Shown here: positions 12,270 to 23,865 of the stretch, piece after piece
How positions within the stretch are numbered: the stretch's first letter is position 1
Layout: each line of letters starts with the position of its first letter
Notes under the pieces: model-generated
What the model was told of the DNA's origin: nothing
What the model saw: the letters and a program-made list of their open reading frames with translations, nothing else
Database searches by the model: none
Translations under genes and position numbers: made by a program
Source of the DNA: Selaginella moellendorffii
Taxonomy: Eukaryota > Plantae > Lycopodiophyta
DNA: 64,000 bases
Direction: 5' to 3'
NCBI RefSeq assembly: GCF_000143415.4
Contig: NW_003314311.1
Coordinates: 1,310,769 to 1,374,768, forward strand

Positions 12270-13399
12270 CTGGATCTTAGGAGGACGCTCGCGCTGGAAT
12301 CGAGAGTACCTGCATTGTCCCCGCGGCGATCGAGAAATCAATCGCTCCTCACGAGAGCTCCGCCTCCATTCTAGAGAATCATCGCTAGAATCGGTAGAAC
12401 TATCGCTAGAACACCAATGCGAGCTCACTCCTATCAGCGTCACACCGCCTGGCTCTCACAGAGACCCTCCATGGCCATTCCTCGACAAGACCTACGTGGC
12501 AGCTAGCGTGTCTAAAACGTCAACAGGGCTGGCGTGGCAGCTGGCGTGTCAGCCAGCGTGGCTGGCATGGCATTTGCATGTTGCGTCCGAATTTACCATG
12601 CACGTGATTTCACCAACGGGATGGTAAAATTTTGCTTTTTTTTCTCCATTTACTATTTACCAACTATTTCACATCATGGCTCCAAGCAAGCTATGTCGCC
12701 CAATGTCGCCAAGCACATGAATTGCCTCATCCTCTTTTATATCCAAAAGAGCAAATTTTTCTCGCAGGGGGATTGAGTGCTTCACGCCAGGAAGGAAAAA
12801 TCGTTAGCCAATTCGTCCCACCATCAAACAAGATCCACTTGAAGTGAAGATTGCAAGAAAAAAAAAAGAAAAGAAATCCAAGATATGTCAAAAAAAGAGA
12901 GCCAAAATCAGCAGCACCACCTGCAAGGACCTATCACAAAAACAATAATAATAAAATGAAAAATGATAGAAAACTAAAAAGAAAATGTGAAGCAGATCAT
13001 TTCAAGCAGTAAACCTTGTCCTCGAGCATTAAGTTTGAGCTGAAAAGACAAGTCACCGTCTGGCTGACCGATTGAAACATATCTTTGGAACAAAAGCGGG
13101 CTTGAAAGATCTGTGCGTGACACCAATCGGAGTGCATTAGGCCACTCCAACGCACTGACACGGGCACAAGCTCTTAATTCCATCGCTCGCATTTTTCTCT
13201 CTCTCTCGATCAGCGGGATTGACTGAATCGCCGCTTAGTCCTGCAAACCACAAAACACAAACGAGAAAACGAAAACAAATCAGCTGACAAAGCCACACAA
13301 AAAAATCCCGAAAAGTGTGTAGCTGGGCGCTTGCAGGGCCATCTGGCTAGCAACGACGGATGCTTAAAGACACTGTCGCTCGAGTAAAGGTCCCGTCAC

Positions 13400-13436
13400 T
13401 TGGATGGCTTGGATGGCTTGGATGGCTTGAATGACA
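13400..13436. repeat. (TTGGATGGC)n 9-bp minisatellite, about 4 units
   Basis: ttggatggcttggatggcttggatggcttgaatgac. Confidence 0.7.
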
Positions 13437-13559
13437 GAGTCCTCTCATCGTCACCAAGCTCCAACTTATTCCTTCGCCCGAATTGTTCGCTAAAGCGGAA
13501 GTAAAAGAGAAATTTGCCTACTGGTGGGAGCCATGACTGTGCGTGCATCTTTGCTTGAT

Positions 13560-14000
13560 ACCGTCACCCCTGCAATGCGTCCGGCAAAGTAATCCAATCG
13601 CTTTCGATTCTCGTTCGAGGAGATCATCCGAGGTTGGGTCGTCCAAGTCGTGATTTGTACTAAGATCCCGCGGTTTCTCTCATCGAGGAGAGAGCTTCGT
13701 TATACAAAGGCACAATCACACGGTGAAAACGAAAGCTTAAAGACTGAGAGCAACCAGTTAATACGATCCTGACCAAAGTGATCATCGCAAAAGAAACCTT
13801 GTTTTGAATAACATCTTTTGGATTAGTAGTAGTCCTTGCTAAAAGGCCCACTATACCACTTCCGTTGGTCGTCCTAATAGCAAATTGATTAGCACGAAAA
13901 CTAGAAAGAAAGACGAGCAAAAAGCTCAACCTGGGGATTTGCCAAAGCCCGTTGACCATCAATTCTCTCCTCCTGATCGCCGAGAAAAATCGATCAATTC
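13560..14000 (-). pseudogene. Heavily deleted AUGMIN2 duplicate
   Basis: Blocks match 16883-18136 (gagatcatccgaggttgg, gagagagcttcgt, atacgatcctgacca, KDVIQNK exon, cctcctgatcgccgaga). Confidence 0.65.
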
Positions 14001-14456
14001 CAGTTAAGTGGTCATCACAAAAGTACAAAAAGATAGAGATCTGTGTACCTGAGTGCCGTGCAAACCGAGCCATCGCCACTTGGCTGCTGGATAACGACAG
14101 AAGTTTTAGTGAGAGCCAAAGAACATTTCTTGATTTTCCCATGTTGTTCAACCTTGTGAGATCCTCCAGATACTGTAATGAAACTCACAAGTGTCCGAAA
14201 CGTAGCAGATAGAAAAAACTATGAAGCTGGAGCGACTAGAAAACATAACAGCTTGCCAAGAGCTTCACCACGAGAAACGTCTGACAACCTTGACAAAAGC
14301 TACGAAGACCATCGTGACCACACTCAGTCCGATCATGTTGAGCTTGATCTGGAAGATCAGTGACAAGAACAATGTGTTTGGCCACGCTAAGGAAAGCTAC
14401 GCTTGAATTCATGCGATGCGAAGGTACCACAAACACTTGTGTAAACAAAATACACC

Positions 14457-15643
14457 TTAGTTGCCACTGTCAGCATCGAAGAGAATTTGCTCCGGATCTT
14501 GGTTGTATGCGAATTTGAAGGCTTCAATCCAGTAACTCCGATCCTTGATGGCTTCGCAGACAGAATCTGCGAGGTCCACCTCGTGTGCTGTCCAATTGCC
14601 TGCGCTACCTCCTTCCTTCAGAAGGCGAAGTAAGCCTGCACACACCAAACATTAGAGAAGAAGCTAAAAGTAAGACAAAAAGCAAACCTTCTGACAAGCC
14701 GGGTGGCGGAGCAACGGCATCGAAGTACTCGCTCCAAGTCTCGTTGTGCTCCGGTGCTCGATCCATTGCTTCTGCAGCTTTCTTTCGAGCTTCCTTGATG
14801 ACGATTCGTCGATGGAAGTTCCCGAATCTCCTCAGCCGCCGAGACACATCTTGATAATCCTGCTGGAGACTCTCATGACTCTGCTGGAGACGCTCATGAC
14901 TCTGCTCGAGACGCTCATAACTCTGCTTGAGACGCTCATGACTCTGCTTGAGACCCTGAAGCTCCTTCTCAACCAGCTCGAGCCGGTTTTGAAGCTCCGA
15001 GACTTCCTTTTTGAGGCTCTCGTTCTCCTGTTTTAAGCCCCCGTCCTCTTGCAAAACTCCTTCATGCTCACCCTCTACGATCTTCTCGCCGTCCTCCATC
15101 ACCTTCTTGCCTTTGCTCTTCTGCCAAAGAAAGAAGAAACGAATGTTAATCTTGTCAAGACAATCAAGCTTCTCACCTCATCGTTAACGGATGAGGAAGA
15201 TTTTCGAGTTGATCCTTCTTGCTCCAGCATATTTAACTGGTTTTCAGCAGCTTGCAACTTCCCAAGGAGTCCCTCGTCCTCCCTCCCGGCCGCTGTATAA
15301 ACCATGAGGAACCCATTCCGGGTCCACTCGTCCAGCCTGTAGAGTTGCGTCGGGGACTTCATGATGCCAATGGATGGCCCATAGCTCAAAGCATCCCTTT
15401 TCATCCCAGTCTCTTCACACAGTTTTCTAATCCCTAGCTCCGCAGCCTCCGTCAACGCAGCACTGATTTCGTGGTTTCGATCACAAACGTGCATAAACTT
15501 CCAACCCTGCTCTATGTAAAAACCCTGACGTAACAAGGCTCGCCGGCGATTTGCTTGCTCTGCCGCTCCACTTCTGCCTTGAAGTCTGCGAGCTTCTGCT
15601 GCGGCTGCTTCTGCTGCTGCTGATGACGCTGCTTCTTGCCCAT
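14457..15643 (-). CDS. Uncharacterised coiled-coil protein (orphan family), multi-exon; 5' part may be frameshifted
   Basis: ORFs 15099-15785, 14605-15102 and 14457-14648 joined by short GT-AG introns; heptad-rich LKQENESLKKEVSELQNRLE; last exon DSVCEAIKDRSYWIEAFKFAYNQDPEQILF has two paralogs in the window. Confidence 0.5.
14860..14954. repeat. 21-bp coding tandem repeat (heptad QSHERL[KEQ]), about 4.5 units
   Basis: ctgctggagac(t/g)ctcatgact units translate on the minus strand as KQSHERL KQSYERL EQSHERL QQSHESL. Confidence 0.8.
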
Positions 15644-15711
15644 AGCTTTTGAATAAAACCCTGAAAGGTCCCCTTAACTTGAGCCTTCGTCGTCGAAAGA
15701 GCCAAAAAGAG

Positions 15712-16535
15712 AAAACTTGCCTACGGTGGCCATGCCATGCGTCTTTGCTTGATATCGTCGCCAAAAGCATCGAGACGCATTCCAATCCTTTTCATTTCCT
15801 GCGATGTTTATCTGCTTCCCATGGAGGAGGGGATCATCCGAGGTTGGCTCGTCCAAAACGTACGCTGCTTGGTTCCATAGTCTCTCTCATGACCGAGAGA
15901 GCTTCGTAGTATCTCGTCACAGGGTTTAGGGTTTAGGAATGGGTCGCAGAGAACAAAAACAAAAACTTAAAACAGATGGTGGATCCTTGTCCACTGAAGA
16001 TCAGAAATTGCAGCTGCTGGCGCTCCATAATCACCTGCAGTCTTGAGAAGCAACTCTGCGAATTGCCGCTGTAATTAAACAGGCATCTTAGCAAAACACA
16101 CAGTGAGAAACTATAAGAATCGTCAAGCTTATACCTGGTATTCAGTTTCCACGGGAATGCAATCTAGAGAGTAAGGCTGCTGTAAGCGTGCTATTATACG
16201 ATCCTGACCACAAGAGCATAGAACAGCGAAGTGATCATCGCATAAGAAAAAAGATTACCTTGTTTTGAATAACATTTTTCAGTTTAGTCGTAGTCCTTGC
16301 CAAGGCATGCTATGCCACGAGATGGGAAACAATCTCATCGTCCTAAAGAATGAGTAAACTTCATAGAAACAAAACCAAGATAAGAGAAAATACCTGGAGG
16401 TTTGGCAAAGCCCGCTAGACGACCATCAGTTCTCTCAGCGCTGACACCAGCGCATCGTTTTTGCCAACATTTTGCATAGCGTCCTCCTGATCGCCGAGAA
16501 ATCGATCCATTTCCAGCTCTCTAGCCAATACCTGC
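15712..16535 (-). pseudogene. 5'-truncated AUGMIN2 duplicate with internal deletions
   Basis: Collinear with ~16880-17990 including introns; first exon missing, several deletions. Confidence 0.8.
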
Positions 16536-16882
16536 TTGAGAAGTATTTCCTGGAGGGCGAAGAGCTTTTAGTAAGAGGAGGAAGAAACAAGTTCCTACAC
16601 CTACAAGGCATTTTATAAACATCCTAAGCTTTCTAAAAAAATGTTAAAAAGTCTTCGAGCATTAAGTATTAACTGGAAGAACAAAGATGGCTCAAACTGA
16701 GCGTGATACAAATCGCAGTCACTCACAACTTTCCTCGTCCTCAATCAGAAAAGAGAGAACCAAAACGAAAGCGTATACTTAAGAAGCAAGCTGACAAGCC
16801 CCCCTTGCTTGAATGGCGGAGCCTTCGTCGTCTACCTTGTTCCTTCTTGAATTGAGAAAAAAAGAAAGAAAGAATTGCCTAC

Positions 16883-18136
16883 CTAGGCAGGAGTGGTGGG
16901 AGACGGCGGCCATGACATGCGTCTTTGCTTGACATCGTCGCCAAAAGCGTCGAGCTGCAGCGCATCAGGCGACGCATTCCAATCCTTTTCGTTTGCTGTG
17001 ATGTTGATCTGCTTCAATCTCGTTCGGCCGCGGAGGAGGAGATCGTCCGAGGTTGGCTCGTCCAAAACGTACGTTGCTTGGTTCCATATGGGTGTTGTGC
17101 AGTCCGCATCTGCATCTTTTACTGGCGTTTCCAGCGATCCCAGCTGTACCTTACGCTTGTAGTAAGATGCCACCGTCTCCCTCATGGCCGAGAGAGCTTC
17201 GTAGTATCTCGTGCAAGAGGCAAGAGCCACAGGAATGGGTCGCAGCAAGTCCTGAAGTAGTAGTAGAAGAAAAACAGTCAGCAGAAGAAAAACAAAAACT
17301 TGGTACGCAAGACAATGTGAAAAGTATACCCCCCAAACAGACGGTGGATCCTTGAAGCTCTGTGTCCACTGAAGATCAGAAATTGCAGCTGTTAGCGCTC
17401 CATAATCACCCGCAGCCTTGAGTAGCAACTCTGCGAATTGCCGCTGTAAAAACAGGCATCTTAGCAAAACATAAACGCTAAACACGAAAAGCTAAAGCTG
17501 GAGAAACTAAAAGAATCGTCAAGCTTATACCTGGTATTCAGTTTCCACGGGAATGCAATCTAGAGAGTAAGGCTGCTGTAAGCGTGCTATTATACGATCC
17601 TGACCACAAGAGCATAGAACAGCTAAGTGATCATCGCAGAGGAAAAAAGATTACCTTGTTCTGAATAACATCTTTCAGTTTAGTCGTAGTCCTTGCCAAG
17701 GCCTGGCATTTCTTCTCTATACCACTTACGTGCGTGAGATGGGAGACGCTCTCATCGTCCTAGAGAGCAAAATAATGGAGGAGCGTAAACACTATAGAAA
17801 CAAAGACTAGCAAAAAGAAAAGATTTCATACCTGCCGGCCTTGGAGCTCAACCTGGAGATTTGCCAAAGCCCGCTGGACGACCATTAATTCTCTCAGCGC
17901 TGACACCAGCGCATCGTTCTTGCCAGCATTTTGCACAGCGTCCTCCTGATCGCCGAGAAATCGATCAAATTTCCAGCTCTCTAGCCGAAGCAAAGAAAAT
18001 CCACCTGCTGGACGCTATAGCCGAGCTCCGTCGCGATCGCTAGCGCATCCGCCATGCCGCCTAGGCGCCGCAGCGGCTTCTTGCCGACCCAGCCCATGTC
18101 CCCCGCCTGGGCAGCGGCATTTGCGACGCTCCCCAT
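16883..18136 (-). CDS. AUG2: AUGMIN subunit 2 (HAUS2), multi-exon
   Basis: [40 protein letters not shown].., KDVIQNK|[23 protein letters not shown]|[38 protein letters not shown]|[25 protein letters not shown]; recognised as plant AUG2. Confidence 0.85.
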
Positions 18137-18229
18137 AGCTCAGTCTAAGAACCCTAAAATTAGGTGGTTCTTACTTGGAATCGAACGCTCGACCTCTACA
18201 GAATTAGAGTTTTAGGTGAGCATGCGCAA

Positions 18230-18680
18230 GAAGATGAAGATGGAGGACGCTGCACGGCAGAATCTTGAAGAGGAGAACCACGAACTTCGGCACATGGTGA
18301 TGGAGCATGAAATGACGATTGCAAAGCATGAGCAAAGGCTTGTGGAGCTTCAAGTGGAGATTAAAAGAATCCAGGACTTTTGAAAGAGGGTTGCGAAGAT
18401 CTGCAGATGCATTGTTGTCAATGCAGCTCGCATAAGCGCTGCATGCGAGATCACCTCACGTCCACAGTGTGAAGAGCTATTGAGGTCTCGGAATTGGTCC
18501 CAGTTTTTTTATGGGCTTCCTCCTCCACGTGGTATGTCTGACTTCGTTTTTTGCATTGGTTTGTGTTTTTCTTGTAGAATCTGTTTGTGATGCCATGGAA
18601 GATCCGAAATATTGGATCTAGGCATTTCAATATGCATATGATCGAGATCCAGAGGAAATCCTTTCAAAGGAATTTTGTTT
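18230..18680 (+). pseudogene. Decayed paralog of the 14457-15643 coiled-coil gene
   Basis: EEENHELRHMVMEHEMTIAKHEQRL..; last exon ESVCDAMEDPKYWI*AFQYAYDRDPEEI with a stop. Confidence 0.55.
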
Positions 18681-18977
18681 AAGCAAACTAAATCCTTCTA
18701 TAGATTGAATAGTATTTATATATATAAAGCCATAGTGGGGAGGCCCACCGTCTGTTGGATCCCAGGCCTGGGCCAGGGTTGGTAGCCATCACACTGGCCA
18801 ATCAGAGGTTTGCACAGTTTGGCTAACGATTGGCTGGTGCAAAAAAGAGAGAAATGCAACACCTGTTGCATCCCCCTTTGACTCAATGCAATTTATAGTG
18901 GACCTCCCTTGCTTCAGGGTGCTTACATTGCACTAGGCTATGCCATACCTCCATATCTCCAAGAAAAACTTTTGGCC

Positions 18978-19277
18978 CTATTTGATCCATCTTATGGCAT
19001 TGCATGCTGCAATAATAAAGAGGAATGTAAATCCATCCAGCTTAGTGCCCTCCTCTAGCAGCTTGCCAAAGATCTCCACCACCTTGGCTACATTGCCTTC
19101 ATAGCTTACTATCATTGTGTTCCACAAAACCATGTCCTTGGATATTATGGGGGAATTAAAGATATGTTGAGCAATGGTTATAATTCCACACTTGTTGTAA
19201 GCATTTGTGACACTGCTGCCTCTTGCAGATCCCAGCATTGAATTCCTTTCTAGTTTCCAAATCCACCAAAGTCCCAC
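18978..19277 (-). pseudogene. PPR fragment
   Basis: VTNAYNKCG..AQHIFNS..KDMVLWNTMIVSY..DGFTFLFIIAAC. Confidence 0.6.
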
Positions 19278-20159
19278 AAGCCCTTAGTAACATTGTTGCA
19301 AATATTGGCTCTAGCCCTATGCATTCAAAAACTTTAAAACCACCTTGCTCTCCCTTATTTTAGCTTCATTTAGTTGAACACTACTCGAGGGTCTAGCATT
19401 TTGTGGAAGTGTCAACTAAGGTGTTGGAGATTGAGTTGTAGCAAGTTCAAAAGCCATAATGCTCTTGGCTGCTATGGAATCAAAGTTATGTTAGCTTTCT
19501 TAATTGTGGAATCATCACACTTTATAAGCTCACTTTTTTAAAATGAGTTTTGAATTCTAGAGGCTCTTGATAGGATGCAGGATCAGCTTGCCTAGGATAC
19601 AGCAAGCAAGTTCAGAACAAACTATTTAGCAATCATCAAATCAACATTGACATCGTTGCCAACAGTAGCCATAGCTACATGGCAACAACTTGCATGAGCA
19701 ACAGCCAAAGGTATGTGTTATTGTCTTCTCCCTACCAAAGAAATTTTAGGCTACTGGGTGGGCTCAACAATAGATCCTTGAATCATTTACTAACTATGAT
19801 AGGTTGTCCAAGAGAGCTTTAGCTTCAAGACTTTTTATGTAAAGTTCTTTCTTCTAAATTTTGAAAGCTATCCTTAAACACTTTAACAGTTTAGGAGTTG
19901 ATCAAGCAGCAAACATAGCTAAGCTCAGCAAATCTCTTGAAATGGCATGAAATTTGCCAACCACCTAACATTTGCTGGGCAATTGCTAGCAGGTGAACTA
20001 AAATGGTATTTGGATTTGGGATATAGAGTGGTTGCCCTACATGAATGTGAAACAAGAAGCTATAAGGCCATTAATAATAATTTTCATGATGTAAGAATTT
20101 TATATCATATAGAATAAATTTATAAAAAGTTGGTGACTTTCAGAATTTCGGCTGGCCAA

Positions 20160-20591
20160 GAAGATGGAGGAGAACAAAGACCTTCAGCTTATGGTTGTAT
20201 GAACAAGAGCTTTTGGAGCTTCACATGAAGGTTTTGGAGCTTCAACGGGAGATCACAAGTACTCAGGCCTCTCGGCAGAGGGTACGTTGTTGTCAATGCA
20301 GCTCGCCAGGATACTGACAATTCACCACGGTATACTGTTGCCTAATTGCTCCGAGTTTTTTTAATCGGTTTCCTCCTCCAGACTTTGTCTTCCCTTTTAG
20401 TTTGTTTTCTTCATGTTTGTGGTGTGCGTGCAGGCTTGCTTTGCTTACTCAAGGACACTGCAATTCCAAACCTTGACATATATACACACAAGGCATCGTT
20501 GCTAGAACTTGCGGAATATGTTTGTGAGGTCACAGAAGATCGGAAAGGATTGAGGCTTTCAAATACGCATATAACCGGGATCCCGAGGTGA
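20160..20591 (+). pseudogene. Second decayed paralog of the orphan coiled-coil gene
   Basis: AEYVCEVTEDRK..IEAFKYAYNRDPE with frameshift; same intron-acceptor context (gcag|gcttgctt). Confidence 0.5.
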
Positions 20592-20781
20592 TGGTTATAT
20601 AAAAAATTATTGATGCGAAGCTCTTCACAGCAAAAAAAGTAATATATAGGTTCACATTCCATCTTCCAATTACTAGATCTACCAAAATCTTAATATACCA
20701 TTAAGAATTTGAACTTTGCCCGATCCGGACTTTTTTAGTTGACATGACCGTTTCCTTTACGGCACTTTAGGGTAACAGACG

Positions 20782-21956
20782 ATGATAGGGCTCTTGCTGC
20801 TGCTAGTGATCGGCATCTCGGCCGCTGGGGCTAGCGCTGGCGCGGCAACGGCATCGCAAACAAATGCAGAGGTGATTTTTCTGGTGTGGTTTTCTCGAAT
20901 CTGGGAGCTCAAGCTTTGCTACTCCATAGGTAACTTATGGCAGCGTGATCAAGCTCCAACATGATCGGACTAAGTATCGACTACATTCTCACGATGTTCC
21001 TTACGGCTCTGGCAGTGGACAACAATCAATTACTTGCTACTCGGGTCACGATTCGAATAGTTACTGGGTAAGTTCTTCATCCTTCAGTGATTTTTTTTGT
21101 TTTCCTTCTTGTTTCTGTTTTGTGGATGTGCTTGCTAGAGTCTCCAGTTTGCCAAAATTGTATTTTTCTTCTGGAAGTTCTAATTTCAGGCTCAAGTTTT
21201 GTTGGAGCCTGTGTTTTCTCAATTCTCTGTTGTATGTTTTGTAGAGCCGGATTTTGCTCCTGTTTATGTTTTCCTGAACCGCGCTGTTTCTTTTTTGGTC
21301 AGCTTTGATATTAAGCAGTTTCTTGTTTTTTATTTCGTAGATTGTAAGGCCGAAAGGAAGATCCAGCTTTCGTCAAGGGGATGTTATAGCAGACGGGGCC
21401 GTGATCCGCTTGCAACATATGCGAACACGGAAATGGCTTCACAGCCATCTCTTGCAGTCTCCCATCTCAGGAAACCTTGAGGTATTTTCGCGTCCCTTGC
21501 ATCAATCAAACTGACAAAGTTTTCTCCTTTTTCCTTCGTCAGGTGAGTGGCTTCGGTGGGGACGACAACAGTGATACAGGAGATAATTGGAAGTAAGCCT
21601 TGCGAGAAAGCCACCTAGTCTTCCTTGCTTGTAGTTTTCTAACCCTTCGTGCGCTAGTGTAGGCTTGAGATAGATGGCAAGGCTAACGTATGGCTAAGGG
21701 ACCAGAAAGTGCGTTTGCTCCATCTAGATACGAATGGGTATCTTCATAGCCACGACAAGAAGTACAACCGGATAGTTCCTGGCCAGCAGGAGGTACAAAA
21801 TAAATCGTGTTTTACTCTTTGAATTCATCCATTGATGTATTTGTTTTGTGAACTTCACAGGTCTGTGGTGTGCGCAAGAAATCAAGCGACAGCCTCTGGC
21901 TAGCAGCCGAGGGTGTTTACTATCCCGCAACTAAGATCAAGGCATCATCGGCCTAA
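20782..21956 (+). CDS. SDF2: Stromal cell-derived factor 2-like protein (MIR domains), multi-exon
   Basis: Signal peptide; VTYGSVIKLQHDRTKYRLHSHDVPYGSGSGQQS..DSNSYW|..RLQHMRTRKWLHSHL..SPISGNLE|VSGFGGD..DTGDNW..YLHSHDKKYNR..GQQE|VCG..WLAAEGVY. Confidence 0.9.
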
Positions 21957-23865
21957 GCAGAGAGAAAGAGAACGAAGAAACCTGGACTTTTGCTCGATAT
22001 GGTGGATTTATTTCTCCTCGAGGAATTCTTTGGATGATGATATTTGCTGGTTTCGATGCTACAGTGCTTAGATTTTCGTCATCAAGTGGTCCGGACATCG
22101 GAATTTTTTTTTTCTTTGGCGACCACCAACCTTTCTGACTTTGCGGGTATGTAATTTTTATATGACACCATTAGATGGAGTTCAAAGGTTTCAAGTGGAG
22201 ACTTTGTGGCTTTGACACTGTGATCGTGGATCACAGCCAAACACGGAGTACGCCGTCGCTAAGCTGCGGTTTCTAATTCTAAGATCTGGCACGCCCGTTT
22301 TTCCGTGCACTGATTTAATGATCCATCACCAAACTGTGATTGCTGGCTCAAAGGCTATATGTTTGCCTCTCGTTTTTTTTTTGTCTCGCAAGGAAAAAAA
22401 CCTTCTCGAAAAGACTAGTTTGATGCCTCAAAAGCTTGCAGGCACTTTGAGAGATTGATTGACACTTTTGTATTATTTGGCTTTTGTTGTAGCGCGTCTA
22501 ACAGTCCTTACACACGCTTGTCACATCGTTCCATTCTTTCAAAATCTCTCTCATCTCAAAATCTCTCATCTCAAGCCAGGTGTCTTACACGTAGGACATT
22601 GTCATCCACGTGTCAGGCCACGTCAAAAGTTAGACATGGGCTCAAACAGTTCCCAAGGCTCTTCTTCTTTTTGCCTATCCTCCCTTATAAATGACTTGGT
22701 TGGTGGTACCCCTCTCATACTACTAATGGATGGATTTGGACTGGCCAGCCAATTTGCTTCTCTCTTTTTTGTATTTTATGTTGTGTGTCTTCACAGCATG
22801 GCTGGTGGCACTGGGCATGATCAGGCACAGGCACAGCAGCAGCAGCTGCTGCAAGCACACCACCTTTTTCTTCCCCACATTTTGTTTCATCCAGACCACC
22901 ATGCAAAATCTTTTTGAGACCAGCCAGGAATCACCCCAACCAGTCCAATCTACAACATGCTGAAAGGCAAATAAAAAGAAAAGAAATAAATTACTTTTTT
23001 TATAATTCTATTTTACTTTTGCCAGAGATTGTAAACTGGGACTTCACTGTTTTGTCCACTGCTCACCAACATGCGCCTAGATATGGTGGAATGCTGATTA
23101 CCAGTGTTGATGGATATTATAGAGAGTTGATTATTGTTGGAGATTTGTCCGTGGGGAGTGGTCACGGGTTCAAAACCAGCGCGAGCGTTGTCAAAATTTG
23201 TTGCAATGTCAGGTTCACGTGATAGGGCCGCAAAATATATATACCCGGACGATATCAATCAAAGGGGAAGATCGATTTCAAAACAACACTTAACAAACAA
23301 AAATTAGTTATTGTGGCAAACATGACGCCCAATGATTGTAACTAGCTGCCTCGCATGTGCAAGTTTTAGTTTTTAAAAAGATACTTAAAGAAAGAATATT
23401 CGTTAAGGATCTGAAATCTCATGCGTTAAGGGAAATCGGACGCACAGGATGCGCCGGGAAGAAAGACAAATCCCACGGCTATCGGCGGCCCGTCAAGAGA
23501 GCCCGTCACTAAAATACTTTTTGGGGGTCGATTTTCTACGGATACGGTGAAGAGTAGCGACACGCCATAGCCTAGCGAGGGAGAGAGGAGCGTTTGTTTT
23601 TCTATAGCGTTCTTGTCCATAGTCCAGAGCTAGTTTCTTAGGGCATTGCGCAATGCGGAGGCGGCGAGACGCTGCCGGCGCCCCGGCTGGATTGCAATGC
23701 GGGTGATTCCATCTAGTCGCGGCAATGTATCGATTCTCTGCGGGCGATGCCAGGGATTTGGAGCTGCTGCTGTGAAATCCTCGAAATCCTCCAGGTGCAT
23801 TGATATTTCGAGGCGGCAAGTCCTCTGGATGAATGATCTGAGCTCGTGGATCCTGTGAAGGCTTG

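Noticed and set aside
22725-22960. miR159/319-like hairpin (TTGGACTG..CAGTCCAA)
   Set aside because: Only ~11 bp of complementarity and no mature miRNA match beyond the first 8 nt.
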